Assembly (NCBI GenBank): GCA_045046875.1
Contig: JASFYY010000142.1
Location: forward strand, 1 to 37,275
Source of the DNA: Verrucomicrobiota bacterium
GTDB lineage: Bacteria; Verrucomicrobiota; Verrucomicrobiia; Verrucomicrobiales; DEV007
Length of the DNA stretch: 37,275 nucleotides
Reading direction: 5' to 3'
Shown: in pieces, positions 16,863-27,103 of the stretch
Position numbering within the stretch: the first letter of the stretch is position 1
Layout of the letters: every line of letters starts with the position of its first letter
Position numbers and translations under genes: made by a program
Notes under the pieces: model-generated
What the model was told of the DNA's origin: nothing
Database searches by the model: none
Seen by the model: the letters and a program-made list of their open reading frames with translations, nothing else

Positions 16863-19800
16863 TTATTTATCGTTTTTGACCGCTTCCGCAGCGATCACTC
16901 TGAAATAACGCTGCACCAGATCGCGGTATTCTTCGGGAATGGCCTCGCCACCCTGTTGTGAGCTGCCGCCCTGCAAGGTGCCTTTCATGCGCGCCCAATC
17001 GGCGAAGGTGATGCCGAGTTTGGCTAGTTCCGGAGGCACTCCGCTGCCGTCCATGTCAGGGGTTTTGCCTCCTTCGCTGAGCTCCTGTTTGCCTTCCGAT
17101 TCGGACTCACGTGGATCTGATTTTTGCGAGCCATCCGGTTCGGCTTGCTGGGGTTGTTGCTGCCCGGCCAATTTTTCCAAGGCTGCCTGGGCCAGTTGTT
17201 GTAAGGAGTCAGCGGCTTTTTTAGCTTTGTCCGAAGCTTGCTGGTCGTTCTTGGAGGCGGAAGCTTTAGCAACATCCTGGAAACTTTCGGCGAGTTCCTT
17301 GCTCTCCAGGGTTTCACTTTTCATTTTCTCGGAAGAAAGTTTTTTCACCTGCTTAGCCAAATCCTTGGCGGTGAGTTGCAACTGTTTGGCGGCTTCTTTA
17401 AAACTGTTTTCGGCTTGTTTTTGAGAGTTTTGAGATTGGGCGAGCGCTTGTTTGTTTTGCGCCGATAAAGGCGTTTTGGTCGGGTCCTTTTTCTGTTGGC
17501 GCTGGATTTGTTCCGCCCGCTCCTGCGCTTGTTTGGCCTGGGTGAGTTGCTGGCTGGCACGGTCAGCCTGTGCTTTGGCTGCTTTTAATATACTTTCAGC
17601 CTGACGTGCGCGGCTTTGTGCCTGAGCCTGCTTGGCCATTTGGGTGTCGTTTTCCAAAGCATCCGTTTCCTGGGCAAGCTGTTCAGCTTGCTGGGCCACT
17701 TGTTCCTCCTGCATGGTAAGAGCTTCTTCCAGATCACCTGATTGGATCGAGTCGAGTTGTTTCTTGATGCTTTCCTGGCGGTTTTTCAGTTGCTCCAGTT
17801 TTTGAGCAGTGGGTGATGGGGGAGTGTTCTGCTCAGGGTGGTTGTCGGCCATTTTTTTGGCGTCGTTTTCACCTTTGTTATTTTGATTTTTCTCGCCTTC
17901 TTTGGGCGCAGCCTGATCCTGTGGGGATTGCTTGGCATCCTTGGCATTTTTATTCTGGGCGACTTGTTGGGCGGCTTCATCAGATTTATCCGAAGCTTTT
18001 TTGTCCATGGCATCCTGTGCCGCTTGATTTTGTTGGCCGGGGTCTTGGGCCGATTGTTCTTTTTGTAGTTGCGCCATTTCAGAATCCCGCGCCTTCTGCA
18101 ATTCTTTGGCAGCTTCCGCAGCGGCCTTCATCGCTTGCTCAAGGTTTTCCTTTTTCAAGGCTTGCGCGGCTTCGGCGGTACGGTTGATCGCTTCATCCAG
18201 CTTAGGTGCTTGATCGGCGGCGGCCTTTTTTTGTTCGCCTTTTGCCTTTTGATCAGCTGCGGCATCGGCCTCGGCTTGCGCGGTCTTTTTATTGTCGGTT
18301 TTGTTATCAGAAGCTTTGTCGGCCGCTTTGTCAGCCATTTTGTCTGCTGCCGCTTGTTTGTTTTCTGGGTTCAGCTGTTCATCCAGATTTTTGGTGTCTT
18401 TGGCGATGGATTCCTGTTCTTTGGCGAGGTTGCTGAGCAGTTGTTTGCGCAAGGCTTCTTGCGCGTTGTCCGTGGCTGCTTGTTTGGTGGCTTGCTCGAC
18501 TTGCTCTTGTTCTTGGGCGAGCTCTTGCGCCATCTCAGCCAACTGCTCCGCTTTTTTCTGTTGTTGTTTCAGCACATCCTTGAGCGCGGCTTCATTCTCC
18601 TTGAGGATATCGCCTAATTCATTCTGGACTTTTTTCTGTTGCTGCTGCCATTTGGCAAAATCCTGAGCCAGTTTTTTCTGTTCCTGCTCAGTGAGGGCTT
18701 TTTGGGATTGCTGGGATTTTTGCGCTTGTTGTGCGCGCTCTTCGGACTCACGTGCCAACTGGCGCTGATTGCTAGCGAGGTCATTTAGCTTGGCGACCAT
18801 TTGCACTTCGGGTTGGGAATCTTTCAGTGATTTGGAAATCTCGGCGATTTCCTTGAGTGCCTGCTCGACTTGTTTTTTAGCATCCTGGGCTTTTTCGATG
18901 CGTTCTTTTTTGTCATCGGTGAGCGGGATCATGTTGGCGGCTTCGCGGGCTTTTGCTACCTCGTCATTAGCGAGTTTTTCAATCTGTTTCGCCTGGCGAT
19001 CAAAAGCGGTTTTCTGCATTTTTTCACTGATGTTACGCAGTTTTTCATGGGCGCTTTTTGCTTTTTCCCTAAACTGATCGAGTTCACGGTTGGCCTCAGG
19101 GCTGAGGTTCTCAGTGCGTTTGAGCTGGGCTTCGGCTTGAGCAACTTCCGTGCGAGCCTGGGTCAGATCTGTTTTGGCTTCAGCCAGGGCTTTTTCAATC
19201 TCTTTACGATCCGCTTCAATCGCCTGTTTCACCAGTGATTGCGCGTTGGCATCCAGGATGATGGTGATGGCATCACTCAAGGATTCGTGCGGGCCTTGAT
19301 ATTCGGGCGGCAAGTTATCACGCACCCGTATTTGCACGGTCAGTTTTCTCGTTTGCTCACTGAGTTTAAGAGATCCGATATCGAGCAGGGCATTGCCGTG
19401 CCAGCTTTGCAGTTCACCTACTCCAGGATCGGGCAGATCCAGAGGGATTTCCAAGGGTTTGGCTTCACCATCCCGCCGAACGATCAGATCCAGTGCGCTG
19501 AAACCAAAGTCCTCTTTGATGGTGTATTTGATCGGCAGGCTTTCACTGCGTTTCAGTTTGAGGTCGCGGGCTTGCGGAGCATTGATGACGATGGCGGGAG
19601 CGAGATCGGGCAGCGCTTGGATCGCATAAGTGACCGGAGTGTTTTCAAAATCGTTTCGATCGCTGAGCTTGAGCGTCCAGGTGCCGTTCAAACCGGGATC
19701 AAGCGGGAAGCTCCATGAAGCTTGAGGTTTTACTTTGCTGAGAATGGCTTCAGCAGGAGTCAACTTGTCATTGATGCTCAGATCGGCTTTGGTGACCGCT

Positions 19801-20828
19801 TTATTCAAATGAGCCACCACCGTGACCTGGGTGTGTTCTACTGCTGAAATATCACCGTTTTGGCTTTCGACTTCCTGATCTTCAAGCCCGGTGTAGGGCG
19901 GGTATTCGTAGCGGACGGTGAGGTTTTCCACTTCAGGCAGGGGCACCGCTTCGACATTAAAATAGCGACTGACCGCACTGCCTGCATTGATCCGGTAACG
20001 GAAACTTTCCGCCACCGCCGGGAAAGTGATGGTGAAAGACTGGGTGCCGTCGGCCTGGCTTTCGAGCAAGCTCATGCTCTCTACGGATTCTTTGCTCTTT
20101 TCATCCGCACTGCGCCGCAGGGTGACCCGGCGGATGTTTTTATTCTTGATGCTCATGGTCACCGTCACGCTTTCCCCGATGGGCACCCGGATATCCCCGG
20201 GATCTACGGTGAGGGTATTGGAGTAGGCGTTGCCAATGTCGAGAAAAGGGGCGATCGCGCGGGCAAAAAGGATGCCGGTTTGGCGGGGCCAGATCATCAG
20301 GAGAACCAGCACGATGGCCGCGGTGGTGACGGCGGCGTAAAAAAAACGTTGGGTTTTGGTATTATCAAATTCACTTTCAGGAGAGACGTCTTTGACATCG
20401 ATCACCGCAGAGTTGACTACTTCGTCGATCAGCTCTTTTGATCCCCTGATCGAGTCAGGATCATCACTGCGCATCAGCTCCACGGCACTGGAAATCCTTT
20501 CCTGCAACTCGGGGTGACGGGTTTCGAGAATGCGGGCAATGTGGGTCAGCGTGATTCGGCGTGACAGGGGACGGATGAGGAAATGCCAGGCGGTGGCCAG
20601 AGTGAATGCCAGGCCACAGAGGGAAAGTGACCAGCGTGCGAGGTCAGAAAATAGGGTGAAGGAGGCATCGATCGCCATGATGATCAATATAGATATCAGG
20701 CCAACTGCGATGGTGGCAAACAGGCCACGCAGAAAGATCAAGCGCCGCACACGACTGATGAGGCTGCGCAGTTTGTCAACGATTGGCGCAGGCAGGTTAC
20801 GGATGTCGGAATCGGTAAGGGTGCTCAT
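16863..20828 (-). CDS. Large membrane-anchored Ig-like/coiled-coil protein (DUF4175-like)
   Basis: Three N-terminal TM helices, HPELQERISSAVEL, YEYPPYTGL, PDLAPAI, long Q/A/K/E coiled coil, C-terminal IPEEYRDLVQRYF. Confidence 0.85.
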   Translation of the reverse strand: MSTLTDSDIRNLPAPIVDKLRSLISRVRRLIFLRGLFATIAVGLISILIIMAIDASFTLFSDLARWSLSLCGLAFTLATAWHFLIRPLSRRITLTHIARILETRHPELQERISSAVELMRSDDPDSIRGSKELIDEVVNSAVIDVKDVSPESEFDNTKTQRFFYAAVTTAAIVLVLLMIWPRQTGILFARAIAPFLDIGNAYSNTLTVDPGDIRVPIGESVTVTMSIKNKNIRRVTLRRSADEKSKESVESMSLLESQADGTQSFTITFPAVAESFRYRINAGSAVSRYFNVEAVPLPEVENLTVRYEYPPYTGLEDQEVESQNGDISAVEHTQVTVVAHLNKAVTKADLSINDKLTPAEAILSKVKPQASWSFPLDPGLNGTWTLKLSDRNDFENTPVTYAIQALPDLAPAIVINAPQARDLKLKRSESLPIKYTIKEDFGFSALDLIVRRDGEAKPLEIPLDLPDPGVGELQSWHGNALLDIGSLKLSEQTRKLTVQIRVRDNLPPEYQGPHESLSDAITIILDANAQSLVKQAIEADRKEIEKALAEAKTDLTQARTEVAQAEAQLKRTENLSPEANRELDQFREKAKSAHEKLRNISEKMQKTAFDRQAKQIEKLANDEVAKAREAANMIPLTDDKKERIEKAQDAKKQVEQALKEIAEISKSLKDSQPEVQMVAKLNDLASNQRQLARESEERAQQAQKSQQSQKALTEQEQKKLAQDFAKWQQQQKKVQNELGDILKENEAALKDVLKQQQKKAEQLAEMAQELAQEQEQVEQATKQAATDNAQEALRKQLLSNLAKEQESIAKDTKNLDEQLNPENKQAAADKMADKAADKASDNKTDNKKTAQAEADAAADQKAKGEQKKAAADQAPKLDEAINRTAEAAQALKKENLEQAMKAAAEAAKELQKARDSEMAQLQKEQSAQDPGQQNQAAQDAMDKKASDKSDEAAQQVAQNKNAKDAKQSPQDQAAPKEGEKNQNNKGENDAKKMADNHPEQNTPPSPTAQKLEQLKNRQESIKKQLDSIQSGDLEEALTMQEEQVAQQAEQLAQETDALENDTQMAKQAQAQSRARQAESILKAAKAQADRASQQLTQAKQAQERAEQIQRQQKKDPTKTPLSAQNKQALAQSQNSQKQAENSFKEAAKQLQLTAKDLAKQVKKLSSEKMKSETLESKELAESFQDVAKASASKNDQQASDKAKKAADSLQQLAQAALEKLAGQQQPQQAEPDGSQKSDPRESESEGKQELSEGGKTPDMDGSGVPPELAKLGITFADWARMKGTLQGGSSQQGGEAIPEEYRDLVQRYFRVIAAEAVKNDK

Positions 20829-20873
20829 TTTGGGAAGGAGTTAGAATTTAGTAAGAAGTAGTTAGAATAGGTG

Positions 20874-23800
20874 TTAGGGGAGGCCGGCTCGGCGGCGGAA
20901 GATCCATTCGCTGGTGAAAAGGCCGAGGAAGGTAACTAATAGGGGCCACTTGTCCCATAGGGTGATGTTGCGGCGTTCGGTGAGGGTTTCCTTGGGAGCT
21001 CCGAAAAAGGGGATCAATGAAGAGGCTTCGGTGATGCTGGCCAGGGCTCCGTTGGACATCTGGCTGGCGTGGGTGAGGAAATCACTGTCGGAAGTCAGTT
21101 CGGCCAGCTCTATCGGGTTGCGGGTGGAGACAACCAGTAACTCGGTTTCGATTTTGGAAAGCCCGGCTTCGGGGTCATTTTTCAGGGTTTGATCGATTTG
21201 ATCGCTCTCGAGCTCAATGGTGTATTTGCCCGGTTTTGGCAGGGCGGCGAGAGTGCTTTCATACATGCCATTGGAACCGGTGCGGTAGCTGAGGATCTGT
21301 CGGTGCAGGGTTTTTCCCTCTTCGTTGTTGAGCTTGGCATAGATCACTGCGTCGGTGATGGGGCGTCGTTTGGAATCCAGTAGTTTGGTAACTATCTTGA
21401 TGGGATCTGACGGAGTGTAGGACAAATGGTCGGTGCCTAGACGGACAAACTCAGTACCTGAACGCAGGTTCTCACCGGTGCCCCAGCGCAGCACCTGGCC
21501 CCAGAACCGGTGGTGGTAGGTGTCGCCGACGCCGTAACGCAGTCGCCAGGTGCGGTCGAAGTTGAGTTGTACCACTTTGCCCAGCGCATACTGCTGACTG
21601 ATGATCAGCGCGTTGTCTTGCTCAAACTGTTTGCGATTGGCCAGCGCTTGTAAGGCCTTTTCCACTTCGGCGGGATTAACGCTGAGTGTATTGTTTTGAT
21701 CCATGGAGGCGATCGGGTTGCCGCCGACCGGACGGGCGTAAGCCAATACTTCGGCACCTTCTTTGATCTGAGTGGAAATGGAGCGCCAATGCAGTTCGGG
21801 CATGTTCTCCCACAGGCGGGCATTTTCTGCGCGACTGGACGACAGTTGGGTGAGGGGGTGACTGCGCCCTGCGTTGGTGAGATCCAGGTGGTAGGCCGGC
21901 ATGGGCGCTTCGCTTTCAGTTTTGGCGGTGTCTTTGTTGTCCCAGGTGCTGGGGGACAAATTGAGGAAGTCTGGATTCTTAAAAGCGTGTGGCATGTATC
22001 TTTGCCCGGCAACGGTGATCAGCAAAGCTCCGCGTTCTTCAACCGACTTGCTGATGATTTTCCAGGTTTTGGAATCGATGGAGGCAGGTGGGATGTCGCC
22101 GAGGATAATGACGTCGAAGAGGCGCCATTCATCTTCATTTTCGGGCAGGCGGGTGGCTTCGGCATCGCCGAATTTTCGCGAAGCGGAGGCGTGAACCGGT
22201 GGCAGCGGTTTTTGTCCGGCAATGGGGTCGGGATTGAGCAGCACGTATTGCAGGTGGACGGATTTGTCGCGACCGTAAAACAGGTTTCTCAAGTAGCGAA
22301 ACTCCCAACGAGGGTAACCGTCAACGAGCAGCACATTGGTGCGGTCATCGGTGATGGCAACTTTGAAATTCCAGCTGTTGTTGTCGGCAAATTGTTCGGT
22401 GGCATCGGGCTCCAGGGAAAGCTGGTAATCGTAAATCCCTTTCTCCTCGGGCAGATGCACAAATCGGATTTCCTGACGCAAGCCGACGTCGTTGACATCG
22501 ATGATTTGTTCATCCACAGGTTCTCCGTTGTTGCTGAGTATGGCTTTGATTTTTTTCCCCCGCAGGCCATCGATTTTAATCTCAGCCCTAACGACAATGC
22601 GGTCGCCGAGGTAAACCGACTCCGGAGCATTGAGGCTGAGAATGGCTGCATCCACCGGGCCCAGTTGACTGCCGAGAGGAATCGCACAAAGCGGGGAGTT
22701 TTGGGAAGCCATGCGGCGCAGGTGATCTTCGGGCAGGTTGTCGGCGTTGTGACGGCCATCACTGAGCAATAACACTCCGGCGAGCGACTCGGGCGAGGTG
22801 TTTTCGAGAATGTGGTCGAGGGCACCGGAAAGGTCGGTGAGTGAGCGAAATGTGTCACTGCTGGCACCCTCCGAGCTGTCGCCTATTTTTTCTAAATCGG
22901 AAATTTTTTCAACTCCTCGGGCGAAGCGGTAAAAGCTCAGGTTGTAGTTGGCGGCAAGCTGATCGATGAAAGTTGCGGCTGATTCGTCGTTTTCATTTTT
23001 GCCGGAGGTCTTGAGCATGCGTTTGGCAATCTCAATGCGTGAGTGCTGCGCCGCTTTGGCCACGGCTTTTTTTTGTTCATCGCTGAGTTGATTGAAAAAA
23101 GCCTGGTCGATCACACCGGCGAGGGCGGGCAGACTGGAAAGGGCTTCGTTCAGTGGCTTGGCCAGGGCGGTCAGTTGTTGGAGGTAGGGGGCGGCTTTTC
23201 CTGTCGCCAGTTGTTTGACCGCTTCATTGATAACCTGGGAGGTGGGGCCGTTGAGTTTGGCCTTGAGGTCGTTGATACGTTTTTTGGCATCGGCGGGCAG
23301 TTGGGTATTGCTGGCGATCAGTTGCAAGGCCAGATCGCTTTGTTTGATCCGGGCTTTGCCTTTTTCCAACAGCCCGGTCAGCTGTTCTTTTCTGGATTTG
23401 AGCAGGGCATCCGCATCCGGTGCGGACTGCAAAGCAGAAGTTTCGGCGACCAGATCGTTGTGGAAGTCGCGCAGATCTTTGATGATGGGATTGAGGTTGG
23501 GACGATTGGCGATGCCCTCGGTGGCAAACACCGCGGCGCGGTCGAGCTGCTCCGATACCGTCAAGCGTTGATCCGGCAGGTGCATGGATTGGGAGTCGTC
23601 AATCAGGATGGCCACTTCGCGGTTGATCTCCCGGTCGACAAAAAACGAGCGCACCGGTTGTAATAATACCAGCAGCAACAAGACCAGCGCGATGCTGCGT
23701 AAAGTCAGCAGGATGCGTCCACGTCCGGGCGTGGTGAGAGATTTTTCCAACTGGTAGAGAGCGATCAGGGATTGAAGACCTAGCGCTCCAAAAAATGACA

Positions 23801-24056
23801 GGAAAGCAAGTGACCAGTCGGTGGACAAAACCAGGAAGCTGCCAAGCAGTTGAAATAGAGACCAGAAGGTGGCGTAACTGATCGCGGTGCCGACTACGAA
23901 AAAAGCCAGGTCGGCGACTCGCGAGTCTTGAAAGCGTTTTTTGCGGTGGGCAAAATGAAGAGCCACCCACAATCCGCACAGGATGATGGTCAGCGGGCCG
24001 CTGATGGCCCAGCTGAGTCCGACAAGATCAGAGCGCTGTAGGGTTTCGAGATTCAC
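20874..24056 (-). CDS. Membrane protein with vWA domain, Ig-like domain and glutamine-amidotransferase-like domain
   Basis: N-terminal TMs; MIDAS LIDDSQSM...TDL...LLSDG; VLLVDGYPRWEFRYL; FDVIILGD; TWRLR...FWGQ; C-terminal TM ending EWIFRRRAGL. Confidence 0.88.
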   Translation of the reverse strand: MNLETLQRSDLVGLSWAISGPLTIILCGLWVALHFAHRKKRFQDSRVADLAFFVVGTAISYATFWSLFQLLGSFLVLSTDWSLAFLSFFGALGLQSLIALYQLEKSLTTPGRGRILLTLRSIALVLLLLVLLQPVRSFFVDREINREVAILIDDSQSMHLPDQRLTVSEQLDRAAVFATEGIANRPNLNPIIKDLRDFHNDLVAETSALQSAPDADALLKSRKEQLTGLLEKGKARIKQSDLALQLIASNTQLPADAKKRINDLKAKLNGPTSQVINEAVKQLATGKAAPYLQQLTALAKPLNEALSSLPALAGVIDQAFFNQLSDEQKKAVAKAAQHSRIEIAKRMLKTSGKNENDESAATFIDQLAANYNLSFYRFARGVEKISDLEKIGDSSEGASSDTFRSLTDLSGALDHILENTSPESLAGVLLLSDGRHNADNLPEDHLRRMASQNSPLCAIPLGSQLGPVDAAILSLNAPESVYLGDRIVVRAEIKIDGLRGKKIKAILSNNGEPVDEQIIDVNDVGLRQEIRFVHLPEEKGIYDYQLSLEPDATEQFADNNSWNFKVAITDDRTNVLLVDGYPRWEFRYLRNLFYGRDKSVHLQYVLLNPDPIAGQKPLPPVHASASRKFGDAEATRLPENEDEWRLFDVIILGDIPPASIDSKTWKIISKSVEERGALLITVAGQRYMPHAFKNPDFLNLSPSTWDNKDTAKTESEAPMPAYHLDLTNAGRSHPLTQLSSSRAENARLWENMPELHWRSISTQIKEGAEVLAYARPVGGNPIASMDQNNTLSVNPAEVEKALQALANRKQFEQDNALIISQQYALGKVVQLNFDRTWRLRYGVGDTYHHRFWGQVLRWGTGENLRSGTEFVRLGTDHLSYTPSDPIKIVTKLLDSKRRPITDAVIYAKLNNEEGKTLHRQILSYRTGSNGMYESTLAALPKPGKYTIELESDQIDQTLKNDPEAGLSKIETELLVVSTRNPIELAELTSDSDFLTHASQMSNGALASITEASSLIPFFGAPKETLTERRNITLWDKWPLLVTFLGLFTSEWIFRRRAGLP

Positions 24057-24072
24057 GGGAAATAAATGGTAT

Positions 24073-27060
24073 TCAAGATTTGAGTTGGCTTACTTTGGCG
24101 AGTTGTTCTTTGAAGCCGTCAGAAGGGGCGTGATTGGATTCAAAGTCGATGGTGACTTCTTCCCCGGTGCGTCGCTCGCGGGCAATCCAGCGGGAGAGGG
24201 CGATTTCGATCAGTAGAATCAGGAAAGCTCCCACCGCGAGGTATTTCCACAACTCGCGGCCGAAGCTCGAGCCGTTGAGTATTTTGAGCACGTTTTCCGC
24301 AGTATCGGTATCGATGATGCTGACAAAGGTGTTGAGAAAGGAAAAGTCGTCTTTGGACAACTGGGTGAGGCGACTTTCATCAGGGTTGCGTTTGACGGTG
24401 AAAGGAATGGTCTTGGATCCCGGTGCCAGCAGCGCTTTGAAATAGTCGGCCTGGTCGTCGGGGATGGTGAGTTGATACAGGCCGGAAAAAATATCCCCCG
24501 CCACATGAATGAAAGCGCCTCCTTGAGCGGATGAAAGTCCGCCTTGGCGGGTTTGACCATCGGGGCCTATGATGGGGAAATTGGCCAGGCTGGGGCCGGT
24601 GGATTTGCTGTCGGGGGCGGAGGTGAAAACCCGCAGGTTGGATGCCGGGATGATTTCGCGGCGAACGGAGGGACTCTGCCAATAGAGGTGAGCTTCGGCT
24701 TCTTTGCTGCCTTCTTTGACCACCATGCGGATGTCGTGCCAGCGTTTGTTGTCCAGTTTGATTTTTTTGCTCTGCGGTTGTTGCGGATGCGAACCACTGA
24801 GCACGGATTTTCCATCGATCCACAGCCCGACATTGTCATTGATGCGGGCGTCGAAGATAAATTCTTCAGACACCGACGGGCGGATTTTGCCGGTCCATTC
24901 GACCATGAAGTTGTCAGCTGGCAGCTCGGCAGCGGGGGCTTCGTTTTCCCAATTAAAATCGATGCCCGCATCGAGGCGGGTCATCAGCGGATCTTTTTTG
25001 GGGTCGTGTCCGGCGTAATAACGTCCGAGCAAACCTTCTCCGATTCCGGATCCGCGATGAGTAGGAAGGTGGAGGGTGAGTTCCCAGCCGGCATCGAGGT
25101 TCAGATCCCAGGCCGCCGGGTCGGCGAGGTAATAGACCAGCTCGTGGATGAAAGGCAGGTAACTGTGGCGGGTGGGCAAGTTGCCAGTGCTGTTATCAAT
25201 ACCCGTTGCGAGTTGCAGAATGCGGCCGTTGCCGTATTTGCGTCCGACCAGGTAGGGGTCGCCATTGTTGAGCCGGGCACCGACTTCAGCCGGATTGCTT
25301 GAGTTCTCGGTAACTTCTAATTTCCAATAACTGTTAAAGGCGGTGGTGGAAAAATCCGACTGTTCTTTTTTAGCAAATTTTCGCAGAGTGGGATGCAGCA
25401 AGGTGCTGGCGGAGGGATGGATCGCTTGTTTGTCGCTAGCCACGCTTAGCTGATCCGCCATGCTGGCAGGCAGCAGACTTTGGCCATCACTTCCCACCCA
25501 GCTGTTATAAAAAGAAGGGACGGCTTTCTGTCCCGGGCTGACTAATAATCCGCCTCCAGCGCGGACAAATGCGGCCATTTTTTGCGCCGCGCTTTTTGGC
25601 AAACGCGGCACGTCGGTGAGCACGATCACGTCATAGATATCCAGATTGGGGATGGTGGAGATTTTGGCTACCGAGACCACTTCGGGATCGACCAGAAAGC
25701 GGGTGGGGTCTTTTTTTGCGCCATCTGCTGCCGCAGTTGCGGAGGGAGTTTTAGCCGTGACGGCAGAACGTTTGACCGGAGCGAGCGCCAGAGCGGGAAA
25801 GGAAGCGGCTCGTTCCAAAAAACGGCCATCCGGGCGACCGTCAACCAACAGGACTTTTAAACTGTTAGCGATATTGAGAGCAAAATGGCGCAGGTTGTCC
25901 TGGGGGATTTCGTCTTCCACAGTGATCCTGGCTTCGACCGAATGAGCCCCGGCGTGTTTGAAACGATGGGTGAAGGTGACCGCACTGCTTGCGTCGGGAG
26001 CGATCTGACCCAGTGAATTATCTGTGAGGATGGTTTCGCCGATTTTAAGTTCCAGAGCCGCAGGCGTGATCGATTCGTTGCCGGTATTTTCCACCACAAC
26101 CGTGATAGTAACCGGACGATCAATGCCAACGATTTCCCGCGAAAATGAAATATCGGTGATGGCGATATTCCTGATATGCGTAGGTAAAGGCAACTGGCGT
26201 AGAATGATCTTGGGTTCTGAGGTGAGATTGCGAAAGGCATCACGGAGGAAGTTCCATCTTGCGGTTTGCCCAATTTCCCAGCCGACATTCTGGCCGTCAG
26301 TGAAAAGCAGAACTTGTTTGGAAGGGTTGTCGCCGCGCGCCAAACTGAGGGAAGCGAGGGTGAGGGAATGGTAGGCAGCCATCGAGCCGTCAATTGGGCG
26401 GGCGGCATCAAGCAGGGCGTTCAACTCGGTGCGGTCGGTGGTCGGATCAAGGATTTTTGCCGAGGGCGACGGTCCGGCGATGATCAGGCTGAAGGCGTGT
26501 CCGCGGGGAGCACGTTTGATCACCTCGCGGGCTTCGTCCACGGCTCGTTGGAAATTGGAGATGCCGTCGAACTCCATATTCATCGAGGTCGAGCCGTCGA
26601 TGACGATGGCGATATCCTGTCTTCCGTTACTGCCAAAACGATTGAGGTTGAGGTGCTTTTCAAACAGGATCAGCAAGCCGCAGAGGATCAGAATGAAGGT
26701 GGAAACAGAGAAGATCCACAAACGCCATTTGCGTTCGTTACGCAAAACCGTGGCCACGCCGAGGCCGACGATGGCGAAGAGAATCAGCGGAAGGATCACT
26801 AACCAAGGCACGGAGGAACCGGGCGGCACGAAGGGGCGAGCCAGCGCCAGCGCCAGCAGTCCCAGGAGAAGGCAGCGCGAGGCCATCAACAGCGCTTCTT
26901 CCAGTTGAATACGACGGTTGCGTATGATCAATGACTGGAAAATGAAGTCCATCGCTCCCCATTCGATCACCCGGTTGGTGCGCCGATTGAGCAGGTGGAT
27001 GGCGATTGGCACGGATATGCCAATCAGTCCGGTTAATAATATGAGATTGAGGAAGAGCAA
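24073..27060 (-). CDS. BatA-domain / vWA / CARDB-like / GATase-like / PA14 membrane protein
   Basis: BatA-type N-terminus (PIAIHLLNRR...WGAMDF...LALARP); MIDAS IDGSTSM...FTDGQ; PA14-like GLLGRYY...IDFNW...DNFMVEWTG; C-terminal TM. TTG start. Confidence 0.88.
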   Translation of the reverse strand: MLFLNLILLTGLIGISVPIAIHLLNRRTNRVIEWGAMDFIFQSLIIRNRRIQLEEALLMASRCLLLGLLALALARPFVPPGSSVPWLVILPLILFAIVGLGVATVLRNERKWRLWIFSVSTFILILCGLLILFEKHLNLNRFGSNGRQDIAIVIDGSTSMNMEFDGISNFQRAVDEAREVIKRAPRGHAFSLIIAGPSPSAKILDPTTDRTELNALLDAARPIDGSMAAYHSLTLASLSLARGDNPSKQVLLFTDGQNVGWEIGQTARWNFLRDAFRNLTSEPKIILRQLPLPTHIRNIAITDISFSREIVGIDRPVTITVVVENTGNESITPAALELKIGETILTDNSLGQIAPDASSAVTFTHRFKHAGAHSVEARITVEDEIPQDNLRHFALNIANSLKVLLVDGRPDGRFLERAASFPALALAPVKRSAVTAKTPSATAAADGAKKDPTRFLVDPEVVSVAKISTIPNLDIYDVIVLTDVPRLPKSAAQKMAAFVRAGGGLLVSPGQKAVPSFYNSWVGSDGQSLLPASMADQLSVASDKQAIHPSASTLLHPTLRKFAKKEQSDFSTTAFNSYWKLEVTENSSNPAEVGARLNNGDPYLVGRKYGNGRILQLATGIDNSTGNLPTRHSYLPFIHELVYYLADPAAWDLNLDAGWELTLHLPTHRGSGIGEGLLGRYYAGHDPKKDPLMTRLDAGIDFNWENEAPAAELPADNFMVEWTGKIRPSVSEEFIFDARINDNVGLWIDGKSVLSGSHPQQPQSKKIKLDNKRWHDIRMVVKEGSKEAEAHLYWQSPSVRREIIPASNLRVFTSAPDSKSTGPSLANFPIIGPDGQTRQGGLSSAQGGAFIHVAGDIFSGLYQLTIPDDQADYFKALLAPGSKTIPFTVKRNPDESRLTQLSKDDFSFLNTFVSIIDTDTAENVLKILNGSSFGRELWKYLAVGAFLILLIEIALSRWIARERRTGEEVTIDFESNHAPSDGFKEQLAKVSQLKS

Positions 27061-27103
27061 GGGTTGAGTGGTTGTTCGTTATGGACCGGTAGGCTGTCTT
27101 TTT

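Noticed and set aside
21696..22772. 358-aa plus-strand ORF
   Set aside because: Antisense shadow of the vWA/GATase-like gene with no motifs.
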